Source: Ranitomeya imitator (taxonomy: Eukaryota). From it: DNA of 64,000 nt. Location: NCBI RefSeq assembly GCF_032444005.1, contig NC_091286.1, positions 487,630,001 through 487,694,000 on the forward strand, in the 5' to 3' direction. Positions 48,570 to 60,694 of the stretch are shown piece by piece; positions within the stretch are counted from its first letter, which is position 1; each line of letters begins with the position of its first letter. Both the position numbers and the translations under genes were made by a program. Under the pieces are notes generated by a model that was given only the letters and a program-made list of their open reading frames with translations, was not told the origin of the DNA and did not search any database.

Positions 48570-50652
48570 TATCTCCCTTTGTGATTGCAAGATCTTATTT
48601 TTAGTATGTAGTCAGTGTTTTTAGTCTGTTTCTAAAGTTATCTCAATCACTAAATCATTTATGGTCATTTCTGTCCAGCATTGGTTTATGGTTTTCTTTG
48701 CATGGTATTTCCTGCCCTTGTCTCTAGTTATTTATTTATTTGTTCAGCGAGTTGGGCCCAGATCTTATCAGATACTTCCCTATTTATTCAGATCTGGCTT
48801 TGTGAAAGCAATTCTTAGGGCTAGCGGAACACACCATGCAATAGAGAGATTGGTACGAGGTGTGTTCGCAGCCTGGGGTCCACCGTGCAGAGATACCTGC
48901 TGTAAAGTAATGGCAGATGGACACTGAGTTCACACGTGGGTTAAAGTTCACCCAGTGTGAAATGTAAGTGACCTCTGTTGCCTCACAGAGTCACGCTGTA
49001 CACAGAAACTAATATCCTAACTAGGGTTGTGCCTCCTCTGGAACTCTTCTGTGCTAACCGCACACATGAATGAACCAGATGCTAAGCCTAGGCTAATTGC
49101 CCCCACTGACATTAGCTGCCTGCCTGAGTGTACAGCCCCAAAGCTAAACAGACTCACACCACATATATACGGAGTGGTAGAGTATCCACTGGCAACAGCC
49201 AAACACAAATGATACTAGCGCATGGCCATGTGGCCATGCAAACCTTTTTTAGTTGTAGCTCTCCAGGACTTTCTAGAGGACCAATAGGAGCTGCTACAAG
49301 ATCTGAGAGTGTGACCCCCGACCTCCAATGAGAGGTCTTCCCTTGGGCATGCTCAGAAGGAGAAAAGCAGGAATTAGTCTCAGGAGCGCCTGCTTGCCGC
49401 CGGACAGTGCTGGTTATAATTGCTGAACCTGGAAGGGCGACAGTAACCAAACATGCAGTATCTGTCCATAGCAGGCACCAGGCACTGGGACCGACATCTC
49501 TGCCAAGCAGGCTCCACTGCGGCTGGAGAAGAGTGGGAGACTGCAGTGGACATGTTTCGAAATTCTCCCTGTGCAGCGGCAGGAACTCAAAACCTAACAT
49601 GGGCCCCCCTCCTTGGGCCTTGCTACATTCAAAGGCTGCAATGAACAGCAGAGCCCGAATGTGCTCCACAGGTTTCCAGGTTCTGTCCTCTGGGCCGTGA
49701 CCCTTCCTGTCCACCAGATAGTATTTTTTGCTATGTACCACCTTGCACCCCAAGATAGAGCTCACCGCGTACTCATCCGTGGACGAACCCGATGTCCCAG
49801 CAGATGACTCGGAAAAGCGGGACATATAGACGGGCTTTAAGAAAAAGTGTCGGTGATACCTAGGCGCGGAGGAATGGCGAAACGGTAGACCACAGGGTTA
49901 ACCTGTTCCAGAACCTTGAAAGGGCCTATGTAGAAGGCACAAACTTAGTGGACTCAACTCGCAGCTTGATGTTATGGGCGGAGAGCCACACCAAGTCACC
50001 AGGAGCAAAAGTCAGAGCGGGGCGCCGGTGAGCATCGGCAGAAACTCTTATTCTCTCCTTGAAGGCCCAGATGGCATCCTGTGTGCGGTCCTAAATGTCA
50101 CGTGCCTCCACCGCCCAGTCTGCCACCCTAAAAGGTGGGTGACACGGGCATGGGCACAGGAACACGTGGATGCTGGCTGTAATTAAGGAGAAAAGGAGTC
50201 TGCTCAGTGGAGTTCGCTATGGCGTTGTTCAAAGCAAATTCTGCCAAGGTGCAGATGCCCAGTCATCCTGCCTAGCAGAGACAATATGTCGCAGGTACAG
50301 TATGTGATCAGAGTCCGGTTGGCCCTCTACAAAACCCATTCATCTTGGGATGGTACGCAGAAGAGAGATTTAGCTCAATGCTGAGTAAACGACAGAACTC
50401 CCTCCAAAACCAAGACGCAAACTGGGGACCCCGGTCACTGACAATTTTGTCAGGCATGCCATGTATATGGAAAACATGTTTAATGAACAACGCCGCCAAG
50501 GCCCGTGCAGAAGGTAACCGTGGAAGCGGCACCAAGTGCACCATTTTAGAAAAATGGTCGGTGACTACACAGATAACGGTGCAGCTACAAGATTTGGGTA
50601 AGCCCATCACGAAGTCCATCCCCACCATCTTCCAGGGCTAGGGGGTAAAGTA

Positions 50653-50995
50653 TAAAGTAAATAAATAGATATGAAGCGAAGCCTCAGCCAGCTCACCGAT
50701 TCGCTTCACAGGTGCACGGAACCCGTCCTGACCCAATGTGTCTTCAATCCAATATGTGAACAAAGTTAGTAGTTCCAGCTCCTTTTAAAATTTCCAATTC
50801 TTTATTTTTCCATTAAAACTGCAAAGTCCTTGCAGTTTCACAGCTGTGAAAAAGATCATATTAGATCAAAACTGTTGCTTGTTTTTCTGTATCCACTGTA
50901 ACTACATCCACTTTGCACAAGGACTTTGCAGTTTTAATGGAAAAATAAAGAATTGGAAATTTTAAAAGGAGCTGGAACTACTAACTTTGTTCACC
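50653..50995. mobile_element. 343-bp hairpin-containing insertion, probably PLE-tail derived
   Basis: 13-bp direct repeat AGGGGGTAAAGTA (50640-50652, 50996-51008). 77-bp inverted repeat at 50756-50832 / 50918-50994. Confidence 0.7.
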
Positions 50996-52874
50996 AGGGG
51001 GTAAAGTAGCCCAGCAAGCCGTTGCCAAGGATACCGATTCTTGGCACAGGAGACGCATGCCTGAATAAAGTCTCTAACGTCACGTGCCATATGCGGCCAC
51101 CAGTACGTCCTCGCCGGAAGCTCAAATGTCCTTTTGATTCCAAAATATCCACCCACCCTGGATGAGTGAGCCCAAGAGAGAACCTCCGGTCGCAAATTGG
51201 ATGGACAGACTCTAGCGACAACGGAGCCACAGTTCTCAGGATCTCAGAGGGAACAATTAGCCGAGGCTCCTCTGATGATGATGATGATACCACGGAGCGG
51301 GAGAGAGCATCGGCGTGAATGTTCTTCTCCCCAGATAGGAAATGAAGGGTGAAGTGGAACCAGGAGAAGAACAGGGACCATCTGGGCTGGCGAGAATTCA
51401 GCCGCTGAGCTGTCTGCAAACATACAAAATTCTTGTTGTCAGTGTAGACTTGGAAGGGAAAGCGAGCCCCTTCCAGAAGGTGTCTCCATTCTGAAAAAGC
51501 CAACTTCATAGCTAGCAACTCCCTTTCTCCAATGGAGTAATTCCTCTCCACGGGTGTAAAGGTCTTGGAGAAAAAGAAGCAAGCATGCTTCCGACCTTCA
51601 GCATCCTTTTGGAAGAGGACTGCTCCTGCACCGACAGATGAGGCATCCACCTAAATCTTAAATGGCTTATCAACATCGGGGTGATGTAGAATGGGAGCGC
51701 TAGCAAAATGGTACTTAATAGAGAGAAAGGCCTTGGAGACCTCCTCTGACCACAATTTGGGATCTGCTCCCTTCTTGGTGAGGGCAACCAGGGGAGCTAC
51801 CAAAGTTGAGAATTGAGGAATGAACTGGCGATAATAGTTGATGAACCCAATAAAGCGCTGCACTGCCCTTGAGAGAATGGGGTTCCTGCCAGTCCATCAC
51901 AGCCTGTAGCTTGGCAGGATCCATAGCCAATCCCTGGGTGGAGATGATATAGCCAAGGAAAGGCAAGGACTCCTGCTCAAACACACACTTCTCCAACTTG
52001 GCATAGAGGGAGTTTGCTCGTAGGAGGCCCAAAACTTTGCAAACATCTCTTCAGTGGGAGTCTATATCTGGACAGTAGATGAGAATATCATCCAGATAGA
52101 CTGCAACCGAGGTGGAGAGCATATCCCGGTAGATATCGTTCACAAAGTCTTGGAAAACGGCTGGGGCATTACAGAGCCCGAAGGGCATCACCAGGTATTC
52201 ATAGTGCACATCTCTGGTGTTAAAAGCCGTCTTCCATTCATCCCCCTCACGGATGTGAATCAGGTTGTAAGCACCCCACAGATCTAGTTTAGTAAATACC
52301 CTTGCTCCCCGAAGCCTATCAAAGAGCTCAGATATCAGTTGCAGAGGGTACTTGTTCTTAACGGTGATGGCATTAAGACCCCTGTAATCTATGCATGGAC
52401 ATAATTCTCCATTCTTCTTCTGCACAAAGGAGAACCTAGCCCCTGCAGATGACACTGACTTCCTAATGAATGCTCTTGACAGATTCTCCTGGATGTACTG
52501 AGACATTGCCTCCATCTCCGGGAGAGATAACAGGTAGACTCGACACCGGCAAGGCTCACCACCAGGCAAGAGGTCAATAGACAGTCATAGGGGTGGTGAG
52601 GCGGAAGGGTCTCCACAGGCCTTTTGGAGAACACCTCCGCATACGGACAATATTGCTTGGGGAGAATGGAAAGATCTGCGGGTACCTCAGTAATAGCAAC
52701 CTGAAAGCACTCCCTCTGACATCTACCCTAACAAGATTCACTCCATCCCAATATTCTGCCTGTGGACCACTCTATATGAGGGGAGTGGTACCGTAGCCAA
52801 GGTATCCCTAACAGGACCTCATCAATTCCCTTAGGAATGACGAGAAAAGAAATAATCTCCTAATGAGATGGTGA

Positions 52875-53202
52875 CAGGGCCGGACTGGCCATTTGGCAAT
52901 TCTAGCAAATGCCAGAGGGGCCGGTCTGGTTGTGAGCTGCCTTGTGTGCTACTTTGTTAACAGAATCAATGTTCTCAAGACACCCATACTGTTAAGAGTT
53001 GTGACGGAGCACAAAGCCGGTCACTCCGTCACTTACCTCAGCATGCCGTGGGTATAGAAAGATTGGTCTTGTAGTAATTCTTCCTTTCTTCCATCAAGGA
53101 CAATATTAGTAATATATCTCATCTAGTTATTGGGGATGGGGACACCATGGGCCTGTGTGATTTCAAATGCCAGGGCTGAATTTCATCCCCAGTCCGTACC
53201 TG
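52875..53202. mobile_element. hAT-type MITE inserted in the protease region of element 2
   Basis: TIRs CAGGGCCGGACTGG / CCAGTCCGTACCTG (12/14 match). 8-bp TSD GATGGTGA/GATTGTGA (7/8 match). Confidence 0.8.
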
Positions 53203-54759
53203 GATTGTGACATAGATAGAGTAAATGGGATGGTCTGGTGTGTTATCTGTGAGGGCAGTGTCGACCCATTCACCACTCGTACGGTCACTGGTTTGGCGAG
53301 CATCATCAGGGGTATTGTGTGTTATTGAGCGAAGGCAGATTACATAAAATTGCCCTCCGACCCAGAATCCATGCAAAGCTCTACTGAATGAGCCGATGAA
53401 CCTATGGTAATTGTCCCCTTAAATGACAGTTTGGAGGAAAATGTTGTCATGTCTAGTGTACTTCCTTCTACAACCACTTGACGCTGACGTTTTCCCGACC
53501 GCTGGGAACATCTGGAGACAAGATGTTCTGACTGCCAGCAGACATGACAGACCTTGAGTGCACGAGCAGTCTTGGACTTAGATCCCGCTTGTGACACCTC
53601 CATGGCCTCATGTGACTCGGGCGCCTGGACCGGAGTTCCCAAAGGTTGTGAGAAGGTGGGAGCCAGCCGAAACCTCTGCCTACACTTCGTTAAAACGAAG
53701 ATCTATGCGAGTAGATATAGCTATTAGCTCCTCCAGTATGGCGGGAATCTCCCTAGCGGCCAAAGCGTCCTTCACATGGTTAGCCAGCCCCCTCCAAAAA
53801 CAGGGATGAGGGCTTTATCCAACCACTCCAGCTCAGATGCTAAAGTCTGGAAGTGAACGACAAAATGGCTGACCATGCACGAGCCCTGAGTCAATGCCAA
53901 CAGTTGGAGTGCGGTATCACAGGTGACTCGAGGTCCTAAAAAGACCTGTTTCAGAGTGCTCAAAAACAACAGAGCATTCTGCACCACATGATCGCAACAC
54001 TCAAACAGCGGTTTAGCCCACTCCAACACCCTGTCCGACAGGAGAGATATAATGAATCCCACCTTTGCTCGCTCTGTGGGAAAACGTGCAGCCAGGAGCT
54101 CGAGGTGTATTGCGCACTGGCTCACGAAACCCCTACAAGATGTATCTTGCAGCGGGAGGCGAGATAAGGTCAGAACAGGGGTGGCAGTGGATAATCTTGC
54201 TGCAGCCACGCTGGCAGCCTGAACAGCTATGGCGGATACATCCACAGCTGAGGTTGTGCGCTCGAGAGCCGCCAATCTGCCCTCGAGCTGCTGGATGTAC
54301 AGCAGCAGTTGCTGTTTGTCCGCCATTACTAACCAGACCCTGGTGCTAGTATACTGTTAGGGCTGGCGGAACGCACCAAGTAATAGAGAGATTGATACGA
54401 GGTGCGTTCTCAGCCCGGGGTCCACCGTGCAGAGATACCTACTGCAAAGTAATGGCGGATGGACACTGAGCTCACAGGTGGGTTAAGCTTCACCCCGTGT
54501 GAAATATAAGTGACCTCTGTTGCCTCACAGAGTCACGCTGAACACAGAAACTGATACCCTAACTATGGTTGTACTTGCTCTGGAACTCTTCTGCGCTAAC
54601 CGCACACATGAAGGAACCAGATGCTAAGCCAAGGCTAATTGCCCCCACTGACGCCAGCTGCCTGCCTGAGTGTACAGCCCCAAAGCTAAACAGACTCACA
54701 CCACATATATTCAGAGTGAGAACCAGAAACACATGGGCTACTTGCACATTGAACAAGTC

Positions 54760-55930
54760 TGTAGGAACATGCTCACAGCTTAGTATACATTATTTTGCAA
54801 AAAAAGTATCAACTTAATCCACTTACAGTTTGCATCCCTTCCCTCACGCACCACAAATTCACTTTCCAGCTTTGCACCTGTCACAGAAGAAGGGGTTACC
54901 GAGCTCATTGCATCGTCTCTCTCAACAACCTGCAACAATTACCTCATTCTCTCACATCTCCATCAGTTCCCCTCCTTAGCTATCACTACCCACCTAACTA
55001 AAATTTTGAACCTCTTTCTTTCTTTTGGAATCTTTCATTCCTCATTGTAGCATGCCATCACCACCCTTGTACTTCCAAAAAAATACCTTTGACCAGCACT
55101 GCTCTGCTAAGTACTGACCTGTCCCTTATCTTCCTTTCATCTCTAAACTCCTTGATCACTTGGTCCACTCTTGTTTAATCCGCTCTCTCAGATAACATTT
55201 TTCTTGAACCTTTAAAATCCAGTTTCCATTATTTAAACTTTACTGAATATGCCATTACCAAAAGTATCAAATTATCTAATAACACTTAATTGTACTGTCA
55301 CTGCTCCATGTGAATTCTCCAGCTCTTCCTCAATATAACTCCACTCTCTTGTCCTCAAACAAACTGCACTCTCTTGATTCTTCTCCTACCTCTCTGACCA
55401 TTCATTTGCCTCTCTTTTTCCTCTCCTTTTCTTCTTACTCTTGGAGCTTCGCAAGGTTCGATCCATGCCCCCTCCATTTCTCTCTGTACACGGCCCTGTT
55501 AGACAAGCTATTATCATCAGATTGGTTTTCCTGTACCATCTACAAGCTGATGATGACACCCAATTATAGGAGAAGGAATACCTTGCCTTCACTCATCTTG
55601 ATTTTCTGTGGTGATTTTTTTTGTACATGTAATAAATATAGACGCTTTTTGCAACTATAAATGTTTATTGAGTGCGTCTGATTCCTTCTTCGACACAAAA
55701 TTATACACATCTTCCCCAGACATCACCCACACAAAGTACAAAATACCAGGGAAAGTCTACTTGCTGTCTTAAACATCATGTCATATCGCTATCTGAAACT
55801 GAATTTCTCCAAAACTGCACTTCTCGTGTTTCCTCCCTATGCTAATCTGCCTATTCCAGAAATTGCAATTTTCCATGGGTGGTTCAACCATAACTCCAAA
55901 CCGCACAATTACTGTATTGGGGTCATATTT
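54760..55930 (+). pseudogene. L2/CR1-type LINE RT relic
   Basis: Degenerate G..QGS..PL.FSLYT, YH..ADDDTQL and LKLNFSKT.LLVFPP motifs. Confidence 0.65.
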
Positions 55931-56039
55931 GACAGGGGGAGCAGCAGGAATAAAATAAAAGCAAAAACTGGCACTTTTGACCTAAAGACAGATTCTTTAA
56001 AAACGGTGCTACTTATATATAGAACATAGAACAAATATA

Positions 56040-57233
56040 CACTGAGTAAAATTATAAATGCAATTTTTGTTTTTGCTCCCATTTTTCAAGATCTGAGACT
56101 TTTTCTATATACACAAAAGCCCCATTTTTTAATTAAATATTGATTACAAATTTGTCTTAATCTGTGTCAGTGAGGACTTCTCCTTTGCTGCGAAAATCCA
56201 TCCATTTCACAGGTGTGGCATATCAAGATGCTGATTAGACAGCATGAATATTGCACAGTAGTGCCTTAGGCAGGCCACAGTAAAAGGAACACCCTGTTGT
56301 ATATGCCGAGCCAGATACTTAATAGGTGACATGTCCTGTGAGTATGCTGCCCGTACATGAAATGGAATGTTTTCCAGTTTGCAGGAATTTTGTACAGATC
56401 CTAGAAACACGGGGCTGTTCATTACCATGCCTCACCTTGAGGTGATAATCATGGTTCAATAACACAACAATGGGCCTTAGGATCTCATCACAGTGTCTCC
56501 GTGCATTCAAAATGGCATCAATAAAATACACCTGAGTTTGTTGTCCATACCATAACCCCAGTGCTAACATGGGAAACTCGATGTCAGTAAACCGCTCACT
56601 CACACAATGCATACACTCAGTCTGCCATCTGTCCAGCAGAGAATAAAAGTGTATTCGTCTGTGAAGAGAACATCTCTCCAAAGAGACAGACACTACCACA
56701 TGTGAACATTTGCCCACTTAAGTCAGTTACGATGGCGAACTGCAGTCATATAGAAACCCCGATGAGGACAATGCAGATGAGCTTCCCTAAGATGAATTCT
56801 GACAGTTTGTGAGGAAAGTCTTTGGTTATGCAAACTAATTGTTGCAGCAGCTGTCCACATGGCTGGTGTCTGGTCTTAGAGGTGAAAATGCTGGAAGTTG
56901 AGGTCCTGGGCTAGTATGGTTACACACAGTCTGTGGTTGTGAAGAAGCCGTTGGATATACTGCCAAATTCTCTGAAATGCCTTCGTAGATAGTTTATGGT
57001 ACAGAAATGAACAGCAACAGCTCAGGTGGACATACCTGCAGTCAGAATGCCAATTGCACTCTCCCTCACAATTTGCAACATTTGTGGGGCATTGTATTGT
57101 GTGATAAAATTGCACATTTATGAGTGCCCTTTTATTTTGACCAGCTCAATATTTGAGAGAATAAGACCTTTTGTTCAGCCCACAAAGAATGGAAGCAAAA
57201 ACAAAAGTGTTGTATTTATATTTTTGTTCAGTG
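56040..57233 (-). mobile_element. Old Tc1/mariner element with transposase remnant
   Basis: TA|CACTGAGTAAAAT..TTTTTGTTCAGTG|TA. Remnants LNARR.CDEILRPIVV, RVSRICTKFL and AYSQDMSPI. Confidence 0.75.
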
Positions 57234-58213
57234 TATGTTGCTATCCAGAGGAGACAGTTTGCATTTAGCTTTCAATTGTTAGAATTTCATTATCACTAGA
57301 AAAATAAAAGGAAATACGACATAAACAATTTTTAGTAATAAAATTGTTACATTTGTCTTCAAATAATACTAGGTGGTTGATAAAAAGGACATAGTCTAAA
57401 TGGAAATATAGTACAGAGCTTGGGAGAGTAATATACTACATGTTCCTCAGAGACTTAACATTCTTGTAACAAGAAGCTCAAGATCAGGAAAAGTGCAGTA
57501 TAAAACAGGTAGTAGTCCTAGCAAACAGATCCACCAGGTGAGATAAGATAAAAGGTTCAGAAGGTTGAGAATTTTTATCAGGATTGTTGTATGAAAATAC
57601 TCATCGCTGTCTCCCAGATTTAGAGTGCTGCCTCTCTCATCTATTAGGTTACATGACTTATGCTGGGGACATATGGCCAATGATTCTCTCATGAGAGAGA
57701 TCGGGCCAATTATGCTAATTTACCTTGCATGAAACTGCCAATTTCGAGATCTAAGAGTCATCTTAGTGTGATCTGATTCTCTTGCATGAGATAATTGCAG
57801 CACAGGTGTGGGGAAGACAGAGAACTTAATGTCTTCATCTTCTTCATTCTCTGTGTCCACGTTAATCAGACTGCACTCAGGTGATATCCGAGGGCAGTAC
57901 GATATTTTACACGTACTCATAGAGTTAAGTCGGTGAGCATGATCCGATTATTTGAAAACCCCACAGCATGTCACAATTGGTTTCTCATATCGAATTGGCT
58001 TGAGAATCAAATTTCCAGATCTGCACTGTGCCATAGTATAATATTGGGCAGAATGCAATCCGATAAACCATCAGATTGCAATCGGCCGTTTTATAGGCTC
58101 AAATGAGCGAGCCCCGAGAATCAGTATATCTAGATCACACAGGGTTCTTTTTCTGAAGTCACTTTCACAAAAAATATATATGGAGCCTCTGAAGCTTTAT
58201 AGGCTTACATTAA

Positions 58214-58370
58214 AGGGACTCTGTCACCTGAATTTGGAGGGAACAATTTTCAGCCATAGAGGCGGGGTTTTCGGGTGTTTGATTCACCCTTTCCTTACCC
58301 GCTGGCTACATGCTGGCTGCAATATTGGATTGAAGTTCATTCTCTGTCCTCCATAGTAGACGCCTGCGTC
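58214..58370. mobile_element. Truncated T2/Kolobok-like MITE
   Basis: TTAA|AGGGACTCTGTCACC; near reverse complement of 1-162. Confidence 0.6.
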
Positions 58371-58454
58371 CTTTAATGGACGAGTGGTTTCAAAAGAATG
58401 GCAGGGTCCAATGGGCCAAAGGAAGACAGGAGTAACAATGGAAACCAAGGAAGA

Positions 58455-59696
58455 TGGTGGGGGGCGTGGTTTGCGAGGGACAGGAGCAGACGTGTTTTTA
58501 CGTAGCTCCTAATATTCGCCTATTTCAGCTACCTAAAGCATATTAAATTGTGGAATACCTGGTTACAAAACCTACTAAAACATGCCTGGACTGGGTTATA
58601 AGAAGAAAAAAGAATATTCAACCAAGAAAATCCCGTTATTAAAATGGAGGGTCACCTGGAAAAGATCTAATGAAAGCCTGCTCTCATCTGAGGTAAAGGA
58701 GTCACAGCTTCATAACAGTCATATGGCCTGTAAGACATCTGTTATAAAACCTCCTGCACTCACTGAGACATCAGCTGATGCTCTCCTGCAAAGAAACCAG
58801 AGGAGCGTCGGAGATTCTGAGGCAATGAAGAAGCAGCGGAGAGGAGAAAATGGCCATGTGGCAACAACTCCCGCCCTTTCCGGAGCTCCAGCTGACAGAT
58901 ATCCAAGGATGCACCAAGGGATCGCAATGGCTGCCGGAGCTGTGACACAGCGGAAGGAGGAAGCAGGAGAAAACGTGGAGACGACGGAGATCCTCGATCC
59001 TATCGAGACTACAATGCAAGCTGCCAGACATAAGAAGAGGAGTGGGGGAGCCACAGAGTTCTCACAAAGTATGAAGCAGCAAACAAAAAAAAGATGGTGA
59101 TTCACCATTTTCAGCGCTGCACAGACACAGAGAATCACCGGGATTAACACCACACGGTGGGGGGATCTCTTCAGCTCCCATAGATCAAAGAAGTAATTTG
59201 AGACATGATGCACAGGTGTTTGTGCCAGGACCGATAAGCGCTGAGGGAGGCAGATCACTTAATGCGACAAAGGAAAAGGAAGTAAGTGTTATACAACTGC
59301 GAGGCTTGTCAGAAACACCCCATGTTGGCTGGTCAGAGAAAAAACCCTTTGAAAATCGCACAGTGTACAGGGACACAGAGGGAAAAACCCTCTTCCATAA
59401 TTCAGATATAAAAGAAGAAAGAAAAAATCAAAGACGTGGCATTGTCAGATATTCATATGGAGCAGTTAGCAAAAATACCGATATTAAAAAATAAAAATCA
59501 TCAACCATCACTTAATGTTAAGAATGGTGCCACTTCTACTTCATTACATAATAGCCATAAAAACACAGAGTATTTAAAGGGGAACCCTACACATACAAAA
59601 CAATTGTATAACCAGGTAATCACAGGAGATGGATCTTTCAAAGAATCATCTAATCTAAAGACAGATGAGGCCAAAATTTTATCTGATGATGGGGTG
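58455..59696 (+). mobile_element. Possible L1-like 5' UTR and ORF1 remnant
   Basis: Starts GGGGGGCGTGG..GGAGCAGACGTGTTTTT..AGCTCC, followed by a basic, low-complexity 172-aa ORF (58582-59100). No RT or endonuclease is seen in the window. Confidence 0.35.
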
Positions 59697-60666
59697 TGTT
59701 AGGGGTCGAGTTCCCGCTTCTGCACAGGGGGAATCTCGAGCCATCTCCGCTGCGGTCTCCCATTCTTGTCCAGCCGCAGTGGAGTCTGCTCAGCAAAGAC
59801 GTCGGTCCCAGCGTCTTGCTCATTCTCACTCTGTTCTGAGAGTTACTGCTGTTTCTCCAGTCTCTGCCATTAAAGCCAGTACTGGTCAGCAGCGAGCGGA
59901 CTTCTCTGGGACTAAGTCCTTGTCTGCGCATACTGAGCATGCCCAGGGTAAGATCTCCCATTGGAGATCGAGGGTCATGTGCTCAGGCTCTGCGGCACAT
60001 TCCATTGGTCCTCTTGACAGGTCTTGGAAGGGCAAAAGTCCTGTTGCCACTTCCTGTGCTGCAACTATATAAACTGCGCATGACCGCACGGCCATGCGCT
60101 AGTATTGTCTTGTTAATATGTGTGTGTGTGTTGTGAGTGAAAGTCGCTCTTTAAAATACCCTCCCTATTGAATGTCTGTTCGCGGAAGGTGTATGTTTGC
60201 TATCTAGCGCCCGACTTGTCCAACAGCACGAAACACACATTGCAGCGTCCTCTTGCGGTGTCCGCCTGTACGGCGCCGTGCGCTTGCCTTGCGCTTTCCA
60301 TACCCAAGCCAGTGTGGTTGGTGGCGTCCGTCAGTGCGGCATTGCTCGCACTCCTGTGCATTTATATATTTATTCTTAGTTTCCTTACACACCCAGTTGT
60401 GGTGTAGTGCCAGCGAGGGTCTAATCGGACTTCAATCCCAGTTGGGGTTAAGTACGCTGACTGCTCGCTCGCGCTTTAGGTGCGGTGCCGCGATCCTGTG
60501 ACGCAGCAGGATTGCTCCCTTCACGCTGGGTGAGGTTGAACCCACGTGTATATACTATAGTGTACCGCCATATAGTCTGCTATTTACTAGCAGCAGGGTT
60601 TCTCCTGCACGGTGGACCCCGGACTGCGAACGCATCTTTCTTGGTGCGTTCCGCCAGTCCTAACAG

Positions 60667-60677
60667 AATACTAGCGC
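60667..60677 (+). promoter_or_regulatory. Self-priming PBS (AATACTAGCGC)
   Basis: Perfect 11-nt complement of GCGCTAGTATT (60096-60106), which begins 30 nt after TATATAAA (60066). Confidence 0.85.
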
Positions 60678-60694
60678 CAGGGTCTGGCTAGTAA

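Larger units (their letters stand above)
48812..54710 (-). mobile_element. Decayed LTR retrotransposon of the same family (element 2); 5' LTR truncated
   Basis: 3' LTR 48812-49599, PPT-like tract at ~49601-49617 and 5' LTR remnant 54355-~54710. gag ATG at 54326; fragmented PR, RT, RH, IN and chromodomain. Confidence 0.92.
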
